Shown here piece after piece: positions 35,746 to 44,978 of a stretch of DNA of 44,978 nt. Made by a program: the position numbers and the translations under genes. Below the pieces are notes generated by a model. The model saw only the letters and a list, made by a program, of their open reading frames with translations, searched no databases and was not told the origin of the DNA. The DNA comes from an uncultured Clostridia bacterium (GTDB taxonomy: Bacteria; Bacillota; Clostridia; UBA1381): the NCBI GenBank assembly GCA_905236685.1, contig CAJOPD010000058.1, forward strand, positions 1-44,978, read 5' to 3'. Every line of letters begins with the position of its first letter. Positions within the stretch are counted from its first letter, which is position 1.

Positions 35746-35780
35746 AAAAAAATATCCGCACACCCAAAGGTGTGCGGATA
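35746..35780 (-). terminator. intrinsic terminator after the NhaC-family gene
   Basis: An 11-bp perfect stem TATCCGCACAC / GTGTGCGGATA with a 6-nt loop. UUUUUUU follows on the minus-strand transcript. Confidence 0.7.
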
Positions 35781-35797
35781 CGCTTTACATTATACCG

Positions 35798-37450
35798 TTA
35801 AGCTGTTTTTTTGCCGGTTACTGCCTTTATAACAAGCAAAGTACCAATCATAAGCACTATCGATATGGGAAGTACAATCCATACCGTCTGCACAAAGCCT
35901 GCGATTATGTAGCTCACAAAGGATACCGCCGCAACCGTCAAAGCATACGGAAGCTGTGTGGAAACATGGTTAATATGGTTACACTCAGCACCTGCCGAGG
36001 ACATAATAGTTGTATCGGAAATAGGCGAGCAATGGTCGCCGCAAACAGCGCCTGCCATACAAGCGGAAATAGCAACGATTGTTATGCTGCCCTTATCAAA
36101 GCCGAATACTGCTATAACTATCGGAATTAAAATTCCGAAAGTGCCCCAAGATGTTCCCGTTGCAAAGGACATACCAACTGCAATCAGGAAGATAATTGCG
36201 GGAAGCAGATTCATAAATGAAGATGCGGAATTTCTTACAAAACCGTCAATAAACTCCTGTGCGCCCAAGCTCATAGTCATAGTTTTAAGTGTCCACGCGC
36301 ATACCAAAATCAAAATCGGCGGTACCATAGCCTTAAAGCCTTCGGGAATACATTCCATACAATCCTTAAAGCTCATAACTCTCCTTAACATAAAGAAGAT
36401 AACCGAAAGAATTAAAGTAATAAATGAGCCGTAAACAAGACCTACCGACGCATCGGAATTTGAAAATGCGGTAATAAAGCTTCTGTAACCCTCTTCACCC
36501 TCTGTAAAGAAACCGCCCGAATAAATCATTCCGATTACGCACGCAATAATGAGTACAATTACGGGCAAAACAAGGTCGATAACGCGGCCTTTTGCATTTT
36601 CCTGTCTTTCCTTTATCTCCTCGATTTTTTCCTTTGCCTCTTCAATTACGCCCTTCTTGCCTGCGTCCTTTTCAAACTTCTTCATCGGTCCGAAATCAAA
36701 CTTCATAAGAGTTATTGTTAACATCATAACTATTGTCAAAATAGCATAGAAGTTGTAAGGAATTGCGCTTATAAACAGCTTAAAGCCGTTCATTCCCGAG
36801 CCTTCCGCAAATCCGCTTACAGCCGCTGCCCAAGATGAAATGGGGGCTATGATACAAACCGGCGCTGCCGTTGCGTCAATCAAATATGCAAGCTTTTCGC
36901 GGGAAATTTTTTGTTTTTCGGTAACGGGGCGCATAACGCTTCCAACCGTTAAGCAGTTGAAATAGTCGTCTATAAAGATGAGCACTCCGAGAGCAACCGT
37001 TGCAAGCTGTGCGCCGACCTTGGTGTGAATTCTCTTAGATGCCCAGCGTCCGAAAGCGGCGCTTCCGCCCGCCTTATTCATCATAGCAACCAAAGCGCCC
37101 AAAACAACAAGGAATATCAGAATACCTACATTATAGGCATCTGCAACGCTTGCTATAAAGCCGTCCTGGAAGACATGAACTATTGTCATTTCGGGGTTAA
37201 AGTTTGCGTACAAAAGTCCGCCCGCCAAAATTCCGACAAACAGCGAGGAATAAACCTCCTTCGTGATAAGCGCCAGTGCGATAGCGATTATCGGCGGCAA
37301 CAGCGACCAAAAAGTGCTGTCAAATCTGCTTACATACTCTGCAGCTTCCTCTTCGCCTTCGGCAAAAGCAACTATTGCCATAGCAATCATAAATACAAAG
37401 GTAAGCACGGTAAGGAGTGTAAGCTTTTTCTTTGATTTCAGATTAAACAT
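35798..37450 (-). CDS. nhaC: Na+/H+ antiporter NhaC family transporter (candidate lysine-related transporter)
   Basis: A polytopic 550-aa protein. The ATG at 37450 has GGAGG upstream. The track ORF start at 37573 would run through the riboswitch and terminator, so it is rejected. Confidence 0.85.
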   Translation of the reverse strand: MFNLKSKKKLTLLTVLTFVFMIAMAIVAFAEGEEEAAEYVSRFDSTFWSLLPPIIAIALALITKEVYSSLFVGILAGGLLYANFNPEMTIVHVFQDGFIASVADAYNVGILIFLVVLGALVAMMNKAGGSAAFGRWASKRIHTKVGAQLATVALGVLIFIDDYFNCLTVGSVMRPVTEKQKISREKLAYLIDATAAPVCIIAPISSWAAAVSGFAEGSGMNGFKLFISAIPYNFYAILTIVMMLTITLMKFDFGPMKKFEKDAGKKGVIEEAKEKIEEIKERQENAKGRVIDLVLPVIVLIIACVIGMIYSGGFFTEGEEGYRSFITAFSNSDASVGLVYGSFITLILSVIFFMLRRVMSFKDCMECIPEGFKAMVPPILILVCAWTLKTMTMSLGAQEFIDGFVRNSASSFMNLLPAIIFLIAVGMSFATGTSWGTFGILIPIVIAVFGFDKGSITIVAISACMAGAVCGDHCSPISDTTIMSSAGAECNHINHVSTQLPYALTVAAVSFVSYIIAGFVQTVWIVLPISIVLMIGTLLVIKAVTGKKTA

Positions 37451-37463
37451 AATCTTCCTCCTT

Positions 37464-37501
37464 AAAAATAAAAAAAGTGTGACAGGCAATGCGCCAATCA
37501 C
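37464..37501 (-). terminator. riboswitch expression-platform terminator
   Basis: GUGAUUGGC-GCAUU-GCCUGUCAC hairpin (37501-37479) followed by ACUUUUUUUAUUUUU, just before the nhaC RBS. Confidence 0.7.
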
Positions 37502-37539
37502 AACAAAACCATACCTATTGCGATAGCGCTCCACCTGCG

Positions 37540-37680
37540 GTGACAGTACGGCACATATTTTGTGCCGTCCCAAAAAACGCCTTCGGCAAAAAGCATTTTT
37601 TTCGGCGGCGCCTCCTTTTGCCGTTTTCTGTATTGCCGTACATTAAAAAATGGCTACTTTTAAACGCCGCTCCTCTATAC
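37540..37680 (-). promoter_or_regulatory. lysine riboswitch (L-box) aptamer
   Basis: The minus-strand RNA reads AUAGAGGAGCGGCG..AAAGUAGCC...GGAGGCGCCGCCGAA...UGCCGAAGGCG...GGCACAAAAUAUGUGCCGUACUGUCAC. It matches L-box landmarks recalled from B. subtilis lysC (AGAGGUGCG, GAGUA, GGAGCGUCGCCGAAG, terminal CUGUCA). Confidence 0.8.
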
Positions 37681-37688
37681 ACAAGGCT

Positions 37689-37717
37689 ATAATAGCATAA
37701 ACATAAAAAAAATGCAA
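37689..37717 (-). promoter_or_regulatory. putative sigma-A promoter for the L-box/nhaC transcript (TTGCAT-17-TATTAT)
   Basis: On the minus strand, TTGCAT (37717-37712), 17 nt, then TATTAT (37694-37689). The -35 element overlaps the proposed glgD terminator. Confidence 0.35.
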
Positions 37718-37739
37718 CAAAAATATTACTTTTTGTGCA
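37705..37739 (-). terminator. possible intrinsic terminator after glgD
   Basis: TGCACAAAAA-N6-TTTTTGTTGCA (10 bp with one bulge, A/U-rich) followed by UUUUUUUU on the minus strand. Confidence 0.4.
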
Positions 37740-37765
37740 TTTTTTCTATATTTTACAAGTTTTTC

Positions 37766-38881
37766 TTATATAACTGTGCCCTTTGCGACAGGCAGCGGAT
37801 AGCTTTCCTGACCTATAAGCGTCTTATTTTCGCCCACAGTTACGCCTTTGTCAAGAACGACATATTCAAGCCGTGAGCCTTTTTCCACCTTCACGCCCTG
37901 CATCAATACCGAATTTTCCACAACCGCGCCCTCTTCTATGGTTACATCGCCCGAAAGAACGCTGTTTATTACCGTTCCGTATATCTTACAGCCGTCTGCT
38001 ATATATGAATTCTGAATTTTTGCATCGCTGCCGTACTTGGTAGGCGGCAAGTCTTTATTTTTGGTATAAATCGGAAGCCCTGAATGAAGCATTTCCTTCT
38101 GCATACCCGCATTTAAGAACAGCATATTGTTGCCGAAATACGAAATCATACTGTCAATCTTGTCAAGGTATCCCTTATGTTCAAAGCCGTAAACACGCAG
38201 TCCCGACATCTTTTTCGCGATGGCGTCCTTTATAAAATCGTGGTTTCCCTTTGAAGAGCTTTCATCTATTATACTTTCCAAAAGCGCCTTTTCCATAACG
38301 AAAACATCTGCTCCCGCACAGGTCCATTTTGGATAATAAGGGCATACTTCTATGTCCATTATCCCCTTTTCTTCATCAACTTCCAAAAGAGTGAAGCGTG
38401 ACAGCTCGCTCTGGTCAACATCTTTCATATCCTTATAGATAACCGTTATATCCGCCTGCTTATCTATATGTTCCTTGATGACTTCCTTAAAATCAATATT
38501 GTAAATACAGTTGCCCAGGGAAAGTATGACATATGTTTCGGGCGCGCGTCTTATAAACTCTCTTATTCCCGTCAAAATATCAAGGTCGCCGCGTATTTCG
38601 TATGCGCTTTTGTTTGCGACATTCGGAGGAAGTATGGTAAGACCTCTGTCCTTTCTGTGCAAATCCCACGGAGACCCCGATTTTATATGGTCCATAAGCG
38701 AAGAATAATTCGCCTCGGTTGCAACGCCGATATTCTGTATTCCTGCGTTTGCCATATCGGAAAGCACAAAATCAATAATTCTGAACCCGCCTGCTATGGG
38801 AAGCGCCGATGCACTGCGGACATCGGTAAGCGGGGGTATGTTTGTGTTGCTTGCTATGATTATTCCCATTGTATCTATCAT
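37766..38881 (-). CDS. glgD: glucose-1-phosphate adenylyltransferase subunit GlgD
   Basis: A GlgC paralogue with a degenerate N-terminal nucleotide-binding motif and a C-terminal LbH domain. It follows glgC, as in Firmicutes. Confidence 0.9.
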   Translation of the reverse strand: MIDTMGIIIASNTNIPPLTDVRSASALPIAGGFRIIDFVLSDMANAGIQNIGVATEANYSSLMDHIKSGSPWDLHRKDRGLTILPPNVANKSAYEIRGDLDILTGIREFIRRAPETYVILSLGNCIYNIDFKEVIKEHIDKQADITVIYKDMKDVDQSELSRFTLLEVDEEKGIMDIEVCPYYPKWTCAGADVFVMEKALLESIIDESSSKGNHDFIKDAIAKKMSGLRVYGFEHKGYLDKIDSMISYFGNNMLFLNAGMQKEMLHSGLPIYTKNKDLPPTKYGSDAKIQNSYIADGCKIYGTVINSVLSGDVTIEEGAVVENSVLMQGVKVEKGSRLEYVVLDKGVTVGENKTLIGQESYPLPVAKGTVI

Positions 38882-38896
38882 TTTTTCTGCCTCCTT

Positions 38897-40105
38897 TTAC
38901 TCAATTTCAACCATTGAGCCTTTTGGAATATCGGTATTTTGAGCTATTGTCGCTCCGCCCTCTATGAGAACCAGCCCGCCTGAGCACATTCCCGAAATAT
39001 ACTTGCTTTCGGGGTCGTCATTGATGCCTGCGCTTACGCCGTCCTCCAAAACCGCTCCTACGCCCACAAGCGTATTTTTGAGCTTTACATTTTTACCTAT
39101 CTTTACATTCGGCATAATTACGCAGTCGCTGACCTCCGAGCCTTCGCCTATCTCTACATTTGAGAAGATAACCGAGTGCGTAACATTTCCGCAAATCGTA
39201 CAGCCCTGCGATACAGTACTGTTTTTGATACGCGCGTTTTCGCCCACATACTGAGGCGCAAGCGCTGTATTCCTTGAATATATATTCCAGCTCTTATTGC
39301 TTATTTCAAAGACTGGCGGTGTGTCCAAAAGGTCCATATTTGCTTCCCAAAGGCTCTGCACCGTTCCGACATCTTTCCAGTACCCTTCAAAGCGGTAGCT
39401 GACCATCTTTTCGCCCTTTTCGAGCATTGCGGGGATAATATTCTTTCCGAAATCGTTTGAGGACGCGGGGTCTCTCTCGTCATCGGTCAGATATTTTTTG
39501 AGTACCGAGTAGTTGAATATATATATTCCCATTGACGCCAGATTGCTCTTGGGATTTTTCGGTTTTTCCTCAAATTCGACGATATTTCCTTCGTCATCTA
39601 CATTCATTATGCCGAACCTGCTCGCTTCCTCCCACGCAACAGGCATAACGGCGATTGTAACGGCGGCATTATTCTGCTCGTGAATTTGAAGCATTTTACC
39701 GTAATGCATTTTGTATATATGGTCGCCCGACAAAATCAAAACCGTTTCAGGATTGAACCTGTCCAAAAAGCTGAGGTTTTGATATATCGCGTTTGCCGTT
39801 CCCTTATACCATTCCCCCGCCTTTGCGCTCTGATACGGCGGCAATACATACACTCCGCCGTTGTTGCGGTTTAAATCCCACGGATTTCCGTTTCCTATAT
39901 AGGTATTTAGGTCGAGAGGCTGATACTGCGTAAGAACTCCCACCGTATCTATGCCCGAATGTACACAGTTTGAAAGAGGAAAGTCAATAATTCTGTACTT
40001 ACCTCCAAACGCCACAGCAGGCTTTGCAACATTTTTAGTCAGGGCTCCCAGCCTGCTCCCCTGACCACCTGCCAAAATCATTGCCACGCATTTCTTCGAG
40101 TTCAT
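38897..40105 (-). CDS. glgC: glucose-1-phosphate adenylyltransferase GlgC
   Basis: [14 protein letters not shown] nucleotidyltransferase motif, [15 protein letters not shown], and a C-terminal hexapeptide domain. Confidence 0.95.
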   Translation of the reverse strand: MNSKKCVAMILAGGQGSRLGALTKNVAKPAVAFGGKYRIIDFPLSNCVHSGIDTVGVLTQYQPLDLNTYIGNGNPWDLNRNNGGVYVLPPYQSAKAGEWYKGTANAIYQNLSFLDRFNPETVLILSGDHIYKMHYGKMLQIHEQNNAAVTIAVMPVAWEEASRFGIMNVDDEGNIVEFEEKPKNPKSNLASMGIYIFNYSVLKKYLTDDERDPASSNDFGKNIIPAMLEKGEKMVSYRFEGYWKDVGTVQSLWEANMDLLDTPPVFEISNKSWNIYSRNTALAPQYVGENARIKNSTVSQGCTICGNVTHSVIFSNVEIGEGSEVSDCVIMPNVKIGKNVKLKNTLVGVGAVLEDGVSAGINDDPESKYISGMCSGGLVLIEGGATIAQNTDIPKGSMVEIE

Positions 40106-40106
40106 T

Positions 40107-42011
40107 TTACTTCTCCTTTTTCTTCATATATATTGCCGAAAGTCCGGGCAAGTCAATTTCTATCTGATACGGCAGCGCCTCTGTCGCCTGCTTGCTCGGT
40201 TTTGACTTATAAACAGTCTTTGTTTCAGGCGTTCCGCCGCCGAAACGCTCCCAATCCGCGTTTAAAACAACTTCATATTCACACTCTGACGGCACATTTA
40301 TTATATATTTCTCTCTCCTTACGGGTGTAAAGTTGGTGCATATTATAACCTGCTCTCCGTCCTCTGCCGTTCTGATATATGAAAGCACCGAATTATCGCA
40401 GTCCTCTGCATTTATCCACGAAAAACCGTCCCAATCGCTGTCATTCTGCCACAGCGGACTGTTATCAAGATAAAAATGATTGATTTCCTTGACATAATTT
40501 TGGAATTTTTTATGCATTTCTATATCCAAAAGGTGCCATTCCAGACCCTCATAGTACCGCCATTCAATGAACTGCGCAATTTCTCCGCCCATAAACATAA
40601 GCTTTTTCCCCGGCATCGAAAGGTAATACGCTAAAAGTGTACGGTAGTTCGCAAACTTTTCCTCATAATTTCCGTACATTTTGTCGATAAGCGATTTTTT
40701 GCCGTGAACAACCTCGTCGTGCGAAAGGGGCAGGATAAAATTCTCCGAATACGCATAACACATTACAAAGGTAAGTAAATTATGGTTCGGTTTCCTGAAA
40801 TACGGGTCCATTGACATATACCGCAAAGTATCGTTCATCCAGCCCATATTCCATTTATAGTTAAAGCCCAGCCCGCCCTTGTCGGCAGGACCCGTAACCA
40901 TACTCCACGCCGTCGATTCCTCGGCAATCATCAAAATGTTCGGGAATTCGGCAAACATCATCTTGTTTAAATTCCGCAGAAAATCTATCGCTTCCAGATT
41001 TTCGTTTCCGCCGTATTTATTCGCTACCCATTCCCCGTCTCTGCGGCTGTAATCGCGGTAAAGCATTGAAGATACCGCGTCTACCCTCAGTCCGTCAAAA
41101 TGGTATTCCTTTACCCAAAAATGCGCTGACGACAAAAGAAATGATATTACCTCGCTTTTTGAATAGTCAAAAACCATAGTGCCCCAGTCTTTATGCTCGC
41201 CCAGTCTTGTGTCGGCATATTCATATGTCGGGGTGCCGTCAAACATATAAAGTCCGTGCAAATCTCTCGGGAAATGCGCCGGAACCCAGTCCATAATTAT
41301 GCCTATCCCGTTTTTGTGGCACTCGTTTACAAGATACATAAGCCCGTCGGGCTCGCCAAACCTCGCTGTCGCGGCAAAATACCCCGTCACCTGATAACCC
41401 CAGGAGCCGTCAAACGGATATTCCAAAAGCGGCATAACCTCGATATGAGTATAGCCCATTTCCTTGACATACGGAATAAGCTCGTCCGCAACTTCGCGGT
41501 ATGTGTAAAGCGTTCCGTCGCTGTGCATTTTCCACGAGGCAAGGTGCATCTCGTAAATATTCATCGGCTTATCGTAAATCGGCACGGTTTCTCTGTTTTT
41601 GAGCCATTCCCCGTCCTCCCAGCAAAAGCTCGGGATATCCTTGACCACCGACGCGGTGTTGGGTCTTAACTCGTTATAAAAGGCGACAGGGTCCGCTTTT
41701 AAAACGGTATTGCCCTTTCTGTCGGTTATCGCATACTTGTAGAGCATACCCTCTTCAATATCGCTGAACTCACCGTACCATATGCCCGTTGTCGCAATTT
41801 TTTGAAGCGGTTTTGCTGTGCCCTGCCACGCGTCAAAATCGCCTGTTAAGCACACTCTTTCCGCCTTTGGCGCCCAGACCGCAAAACGCCAGCCGTTATC
41901 CATTTTATGAGGCCCAAGCATCTCGTATGACCGAAAATTTGTCCCCTCATTATAAAGGTACATCTGAAATTCATCTATGCCCGACCACCGCTGTTCTTTT
42001 TTTTCCGACAT
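40107..42011 (-). CDS. glgB: 1,4-alpha-glucan branching enzyme GlgB (GH13)
   Basis: GH13 motifs DWVPAHF, GLRVDAV, IAEEST and SHDEV. The ATG at 42011 follows GGGAGG. Confidence 0.95.
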   Translation of the reverse strand: MSEKKEQRWSGIDEFQMYLYNEGTNFRSYEMLGPHKMDNGWRFAVWAPKAERVCLTGDFDAWQGTAKPLQKIATTGIWYGEFSDIEEGMLYKYAITDRKGNTVLKADPVAFYNELRPNTASVVKDIPSFCWEDGEWLKNRETVPIYDKPMNIYEMHLASWKMHSDGTLYTYREVADELIPYVKEMGYTHIEVMPLLEYPFDGSWGYQVTGYFAATARFGEPDGLMYLVNECHKNGIGIIMDWVPAHFPRDLHGLYMFDGTPTYEYADTRLGEHKDWGTMVFDYSKSEVISFLLSSAHFWVKEYHFDGLRVDAVSSMLYRDYSRRDGEWVANKYGGNENLEAIDFLRNLNKMMFAEFPNILMIAEESTAWSMVTGPADKGGLGFNYKWNMGWMNDTLRYMSMDPYFRKPNHNLLTFVMCYAYSENFILPLSHDEVVHGKKSLIDKMYGNYEEKFANYRTLLAYYLSMPGKKLMFMGGEIAQFIEWRYYEGLEWHLLDIEMHKKFQNYVKEINHFYLDNSPLWQNDSDWDGFSWINAEDCDNSVLSYIRTAEDGEQVIICTNFTPVRREKYIINVPSECEYEVVLNADWERFGGGTPETKTVYKSKPSKQATEALPYQIEIDLPGLSAIYMKKKEK

Positions 42012-42226
42012 TACCTGTTTTCCTCCCTGCTCGGCTATGTATTTTCCATATATTATATCATATAAATTTTTGGCGGTAAACACCAAAAAAGTAAATTTTT
42101 GCTATTATTTTTTGTGCAGTTTATACAACTCATTATATCCACCTTTTTTTCTTTTATTTTATACTTTAAGCAAAGCGGCATACTTTTTTTACAAATGTTA
42201 CGGTTATGTAAAATTTTAATATCTTC

Positions 42227-42255
42227 TTGACACGGAAAACAAAATCAGTTAGAAT
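42227..42255 (+). promoter_or_regulatory. putative sigma-A promoter for rny (TTGACA-17-TAGAAT)
   Basis: TTGACA at 42227-42232, a 17-nt spacer, then TAGAAT at 42250-42255. This would give a ~140-nt leader. Confidence 0.4.
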
Positions 42256-42395
42256 ATGTATATGCTTGTTATTTCTTAAACTATTTTTTGGGAATGTTGA
42301 ATTTTTCATAATAGTTTATCAAAACAGTTTTTATAGATAGATGATAGCTTACAATTCAATATCCCCATTTAAATTTAACTTACTTTGAAACGGGG

Positions 42396-43958
42396 GTGGA
42401 CGAGATAGAATCATTTGGATTACTTACTGTTATAGCCGTAATTTTTGCCGTACTTAATATTCCCTCCTTCTTTTTGGGAATAAAGTACAGGAAAAAGGTT
42501 GCGGAAGCAAAGCTTGGCTCAGCCGAGGAGGAAGCAAAAAGCATTATTGAAAATGCTAAAAAGAGCGCTAAATCAAAGGCAAGGGAAATTACCATTGAAG
42601 CCAAGGAGGAAAACCAAAAACTGCGTGCCGCTTTTGAGGCGGAAATGAAGGATCGCAGAAAGGAAATTTCCATTCAGGAGAAAAGAATCAATCAAAAAGA
42701 GGAAAATCTTGACAAAAAAAGTGATATTTTAGAGAAAAAAGACCAGTCTTTGAGCCAAAAAATCAAGGACTATGAACGCAAAGCGCTTGAAATTGACGAA
42801 CTCAAAAACAAGCAGCTTGCAGAACTCGAAAGGATTTCCAAAATGTCACAGGCTGAGGCAAAGGCGCTTCTCATTCGCGACTTGGAGGAGGACGCTCGGC
42901 ACGAGGCCGCTATTATGGTTAAAGAAATAGAGCAGGAAGCGAAAGAGACCGCAGAAAAGAAGGCAAAAAATATCGTTGCGTCTTCAATACAAAAGGTTGC
43001 CGCCGACCATGTCGCAGAGGCTACCGTTTCTGTTGTGGCTCTTCCCGCAGATGAAATGAAGGGCAGAATTATCGGAAGAGAAGGCAGAAACATACGCGCA
43101 CTTGAAACTCTTACAGGCGTTGACCTCATAATTGACGATACGCCGGAGGCAGTTATTTTGTCGAGCTTTGACCCTGTGCGCCGCGAAATTGCGCGGATTG
43201 CGCTTGAAAAGCTTATTGTAGACGGCCGTATTCATCCTGCACGCATAGAAGAACTTGTTGAAAAGTCCAAAAAAGAGGTTGACGCAAGAATTAAAGAGGA
43301 AGGCGAAGCCGCATCGCTTGAAACGGGCGTTCACGGACTTCACCCCGAAATCATCAAGCTTTTGGGACGCCTTCATTACAGGACCAGTTACGGTCAGAAT
43401 GTGCTTAAACATTCGATTGAGGTTGCGCATCTTGCGGGAGTTATGGCAGGAGAGCTCGGCGTTGATATTGCACTTGCAAAGCGTGCGGGACTTCTGCACG
43501 ATATAGGAAAGTCGGTGGACCACGAAATAGAGGGCTCTCATGTTACAATCGGCGCAGATATTGCCAAAAAGTATAAGGAAAACGAGATTGTTGTCCACGC
43601 TATTATGGCTCATCACGGCGATGTTGAGGCAAATACCGTCATCGCACAGCTTGTGCAGGCGGCAGATGCTATAAGCGCAGCCCGTCCGGGTGCAAGACGC
43701 GAAAATATTGAAACATATATCAAGCGTTTGCAGCGTCTTGAAGAAATCGCGAATGAGTTTAAGGGCGTTGAAAAATCTTATGCAATCCAGGCAGGAAGAG
43801 AAGTCAGGATTATGGTTAAGCCTGATGTGATAAATGACGACAGTATGCTTTTGGTAGCAAAAGATATCGTTAAAAAGATTGAAGCAGAGCTTGAATATCC
43901 GGGTCAGATTAAGGTTAGCCTTATCCGCGAAACAAGAGCTGTTGATTTTGCAAAATAA
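42396..43958 (+). CDS. rny: ribonuclease Y
   Basis: N-terminal TM anchor, a Lys/Glu-rich coiled coil, KH domain ([15 protein letters not shown]) and HD domain (HDIGK). It uses a GTG start after a GGGGG RBS. Confidence 0.95.
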   Translation: MDEIESFGLLTVIAVIFAVLNIPSFFLGIKYRKKVAEAKLGSAEEEAKSIIENAKKSAKSKAREITIEAKEENQKLRAAFEAEMKDRRKEISIQEKRINQKEENLDKKSDILEKKDQSLSQKIKDYERKALEIDELKNKQLAELERISKMSQAEAKALLIRDLEEDARHEAAIMVKEIEQEAKETAEKKAKNIVASSIQKVAADHVAEATVSVVALPADEMKGRIIGREGRNIRALETLTGVDLIIDDTPEAVILSSFDPVRREIARIALEKLIVDGRIHPARIEELVEKSKKEVDARIKEEGEAASLETGVHGLHPEIIKLLGRLHYRTSYGQNVLKHSIEVAHLAGVMAGELGVDIALAKRAGLLHDIGKSVDHEIEGSHVTIGADIAKKYKENEIVVHAIMAHHGDVEANTVIAQLVQAADAISAARPGARRENIETYIKRLQRLEEIANEFKGVEKSYAIQAGREVRIMVKPDVINDDSMLLVAKDIVKKIEAELEYPGQIKVSLIRETRAVDFAK

Positions 43959-43965
43959 TTAGTTA

Positions 43966-43997
43966 AAAACGGTTATCATAATTGGTAACCGTTTTTA
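43966..43997 (+). terminator. intrinsic terminator (probably partial) between rny and ymdB
   Basis: AAAACGGTTA-N10-TAACCGTTTT stem followed by Ts. Confidence 0.6.
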
Positions 43998-44015
43998 AAA
44001 CGAACGGAGAATTTT

Positions 44016-44792
44016 ATGAAAATTTTAGCTATCGGCGACATTTTTGGAAGAGCTGGGCGCGACGCCGTTTTTGAGTGGCTTGAACACTCGGGCGGCGAAT
44101 ATGATTTTATAGTTGCCAATGCGGAAAATGCCGCTCACGGCAGGGGGCTTTCAAAACCCGTTTTTGAGGAGCTTTTGCGCGCCGGAATAGACGCCTTTAC
44201 TCTCGGAAATCACGCTTGGGGCTGCCCTGATGTTACCACAATATTGCGCTATAACGAAAATATTGTCCGTCCCGCAAACTTTGAAGGCGATGTTTTGGGC
44301 AGCGGCAGTACCGTTTTGACTGCCAAAAACGGCGCAAAAGTCGGGATTATAAACCTTATAGGCAGGGTATATATGCCCCAGCCCGCAAGCTCGCCCTTTT
44401 ACACGGCAGACGCAGAAATAGAAAAAATCAAGGATAAATGCGACATAATTTTGGTGGATTTTCACGCCGAAGCAACCAGCGAAAAAAATGCTATGGGCTA
44501 CTACCTCGACGGGCGCGTTTCTGCGGTTTTCGGCACGCATACGCATATTCAGACAGCCGACGCGAAAATTTTGCCTAAGGGCACGGGATATATAACAGAC
44601 CTTGGTATGACAGGTCCCGTTATCTCGGTTTTGGGTGTTGATAAAAATATAATAGTTGATAGATTTTTGGGTGGTATCCCGCAAAAATTTGCTGTCGCAG
44701 ACGGAAAACCGCAATTTTGCGGCGCCGTTTTTGAAATTGACGAAAACAGCGGGAAAACTGTCAATATTACAAGAATTTATAAGGAATTTTGA
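44016..44792 (+). CDS. ymdB: YmdB-type metallophosphoesterase (2',3'-cyclic-nucleotide phosphodiesterase, TIGR00282-like)
   Basis: MKILAIGDIFGRAGR, ANAENAAHGRG and GNH motifs of calcineurin-like phosphoesterases. It lies in the conserved position after rny. Confidence 0.9.
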   Translation: MKILAIGDIFGRAGRDAVFEWLEHSGGEYDFIVANAENAAHGRGLSKPVFEELLRAGIDAFTLGNHAWGCPDVTTILRYNENIVRPANFEGDVLGSGSTVLTAKNGAKVGIINLIGRVYMPQPASSPFYTADAEIEKIKDKCDIILVDFHAEATSEKNAMGYYLDGRVSAVFGTHTHIQTADAKILPKGTGYITDLGMTGPVISVLGVDKNIIVDRFLGGIPQKFAVADGKPQFCGAVFEIDENSGKTVNITRIYKEF

Positions 44793-44854
44793 TGCGGAAA
44801 TTTCTTTATTTATAAAATTCATACCCGTATCACAAATTTTTATGGGATATTGTA

Positions 44855-44883
44855 TTGACTTTTGATTTTCTTTAATGTATAAT
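44855..44883 (+). promoter_or_regulatory. sigma-A promoter for the tRNA gene (TTGACT-17-TATAAT)
   Basis: TTGACT at 44855-44860, 17 nt, then TATAAT at 44878-44883, about 18 nt upstream of the tRNA 5' end. Confidence 0.5.
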
Positions 44884-44901
44884 GTAAAAAGTCAGCAAAA
44901 A

Positions 44902-44977
44902 CGGGATGTAGCGCAGTTGGTAGCGCACACGTCTGGGGGGCGTGATGCCGCAGGTTCAAGTCCTGTCATCCCGACCA
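44902..44977 (+). tRNA. tRNA-Pro (anticodon GGG) with encoded CCA
   Basis: Manual cloverleaf. Acceptor stem is CGGGATG/CATCCCG and D stem is GCGC/GCGC. The anticodon stem is CACGT/GCGTG with loop CTGGGGG (U33, GGG, G37). The T stem is GCAGG/CCTGT with loop TTCAAGT. Discriminator A is followed by CCA, for 76 nt in total. Confidence 0.9.
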
Positions 44978-44978
44978 A

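Noticed and set aside
35606-36434. Two plus-strand ORFs (174 and 158 aa) across the mgtC start and the nhaC 3' half
   Set aside because: They are antisense to well-supported membrane-protein genes and cross a terminator. The translated sequence is not protein-like.
37451-37573. N-terminal extension of the NhaC ORF (start at 37573)
   Set aside because: The extension would be translated through the riboswitch 3' part and its terminator. The ATG at 37450 has a GGAGG RBS and begins the hydrophobic transporter sequence.
42984-43616. 210-aa ORF antisense to rny
   Set aside because: It lies opposite the KH/HD domains of RNase Y, has no recognisable motifs and no RBS, so it is a shadow ORF.
44151-44822. 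223-aa ORF antisense to ymdB
   Set aside because: It is a shadow ORF of a strongly supported metallophosphoesterase gene, with no motif or RBS support.
1-44978. Search for defence systems, prophage, IS elements, integrases, toxin-antitoxin pairs and CRISPR arrays
   Set aside because: I recognised no transposase/integrase/recombinase motifs, no terminal inverted repeats and no repeat-spacer arrays. I also found no nuclease/ATPase defence-type gene pairs. The 389-aa nucleotidyltransferase lacks features I would associate with CD-NTases, and it has no effector partner.

Overview
This 45-kb window looks like chromosome from a sporulating, dockerin-encoding Clostridia member; a Ruminococcus/Oscillospiraceae-like origin is inference only. 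Most of it is densely packed housekeeping DNA. This includes the Firmicutes yqfC-yqfD-phoH-ybeY-dgkA-era-yqzL-recO block, rpsT, rho, truA and the ECF transporter module. It also includes glgB-glgC-glgD, rny-ymdB and a tRNA-Pro at the right edge. The left ~8.5 kb is visibly more A/T-rich and accessory-like. It carries a leaderless BNR/sialidase-fold protein, an orphan nucleotidyltransferase plus NeuD-type acetyltransferase pair, and a truncated MGMT-family gene. It also carries an AraC-linked nagB-like/nagA-like/Gfo-Idh-MocA operon. The most interesting locus is the SCIFF ranthipeptide system at 31.8-33.6 kb. Its precursor gene is an in-frame tandem duplication that encodes two complete leader+core modules in one 87-aa peptide with 14 Cys. 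A perfect consensus promoter drives it, and a strand-specific hairpin separates it from the single radical SAM/SPASM maturase. Other notable elements are a lysine riboswitch with terminator upstream of an NhaC-family antiporter and an unexplained G+C-rich 260-nt spacer upstream of spoIIID. There is also an unlisted YqzL-like small ORF overlapping recO. I found no CRISPR array, transposase, integrase or recognisable defence system. All calls rest on motif recognition by eye, with no database searches.
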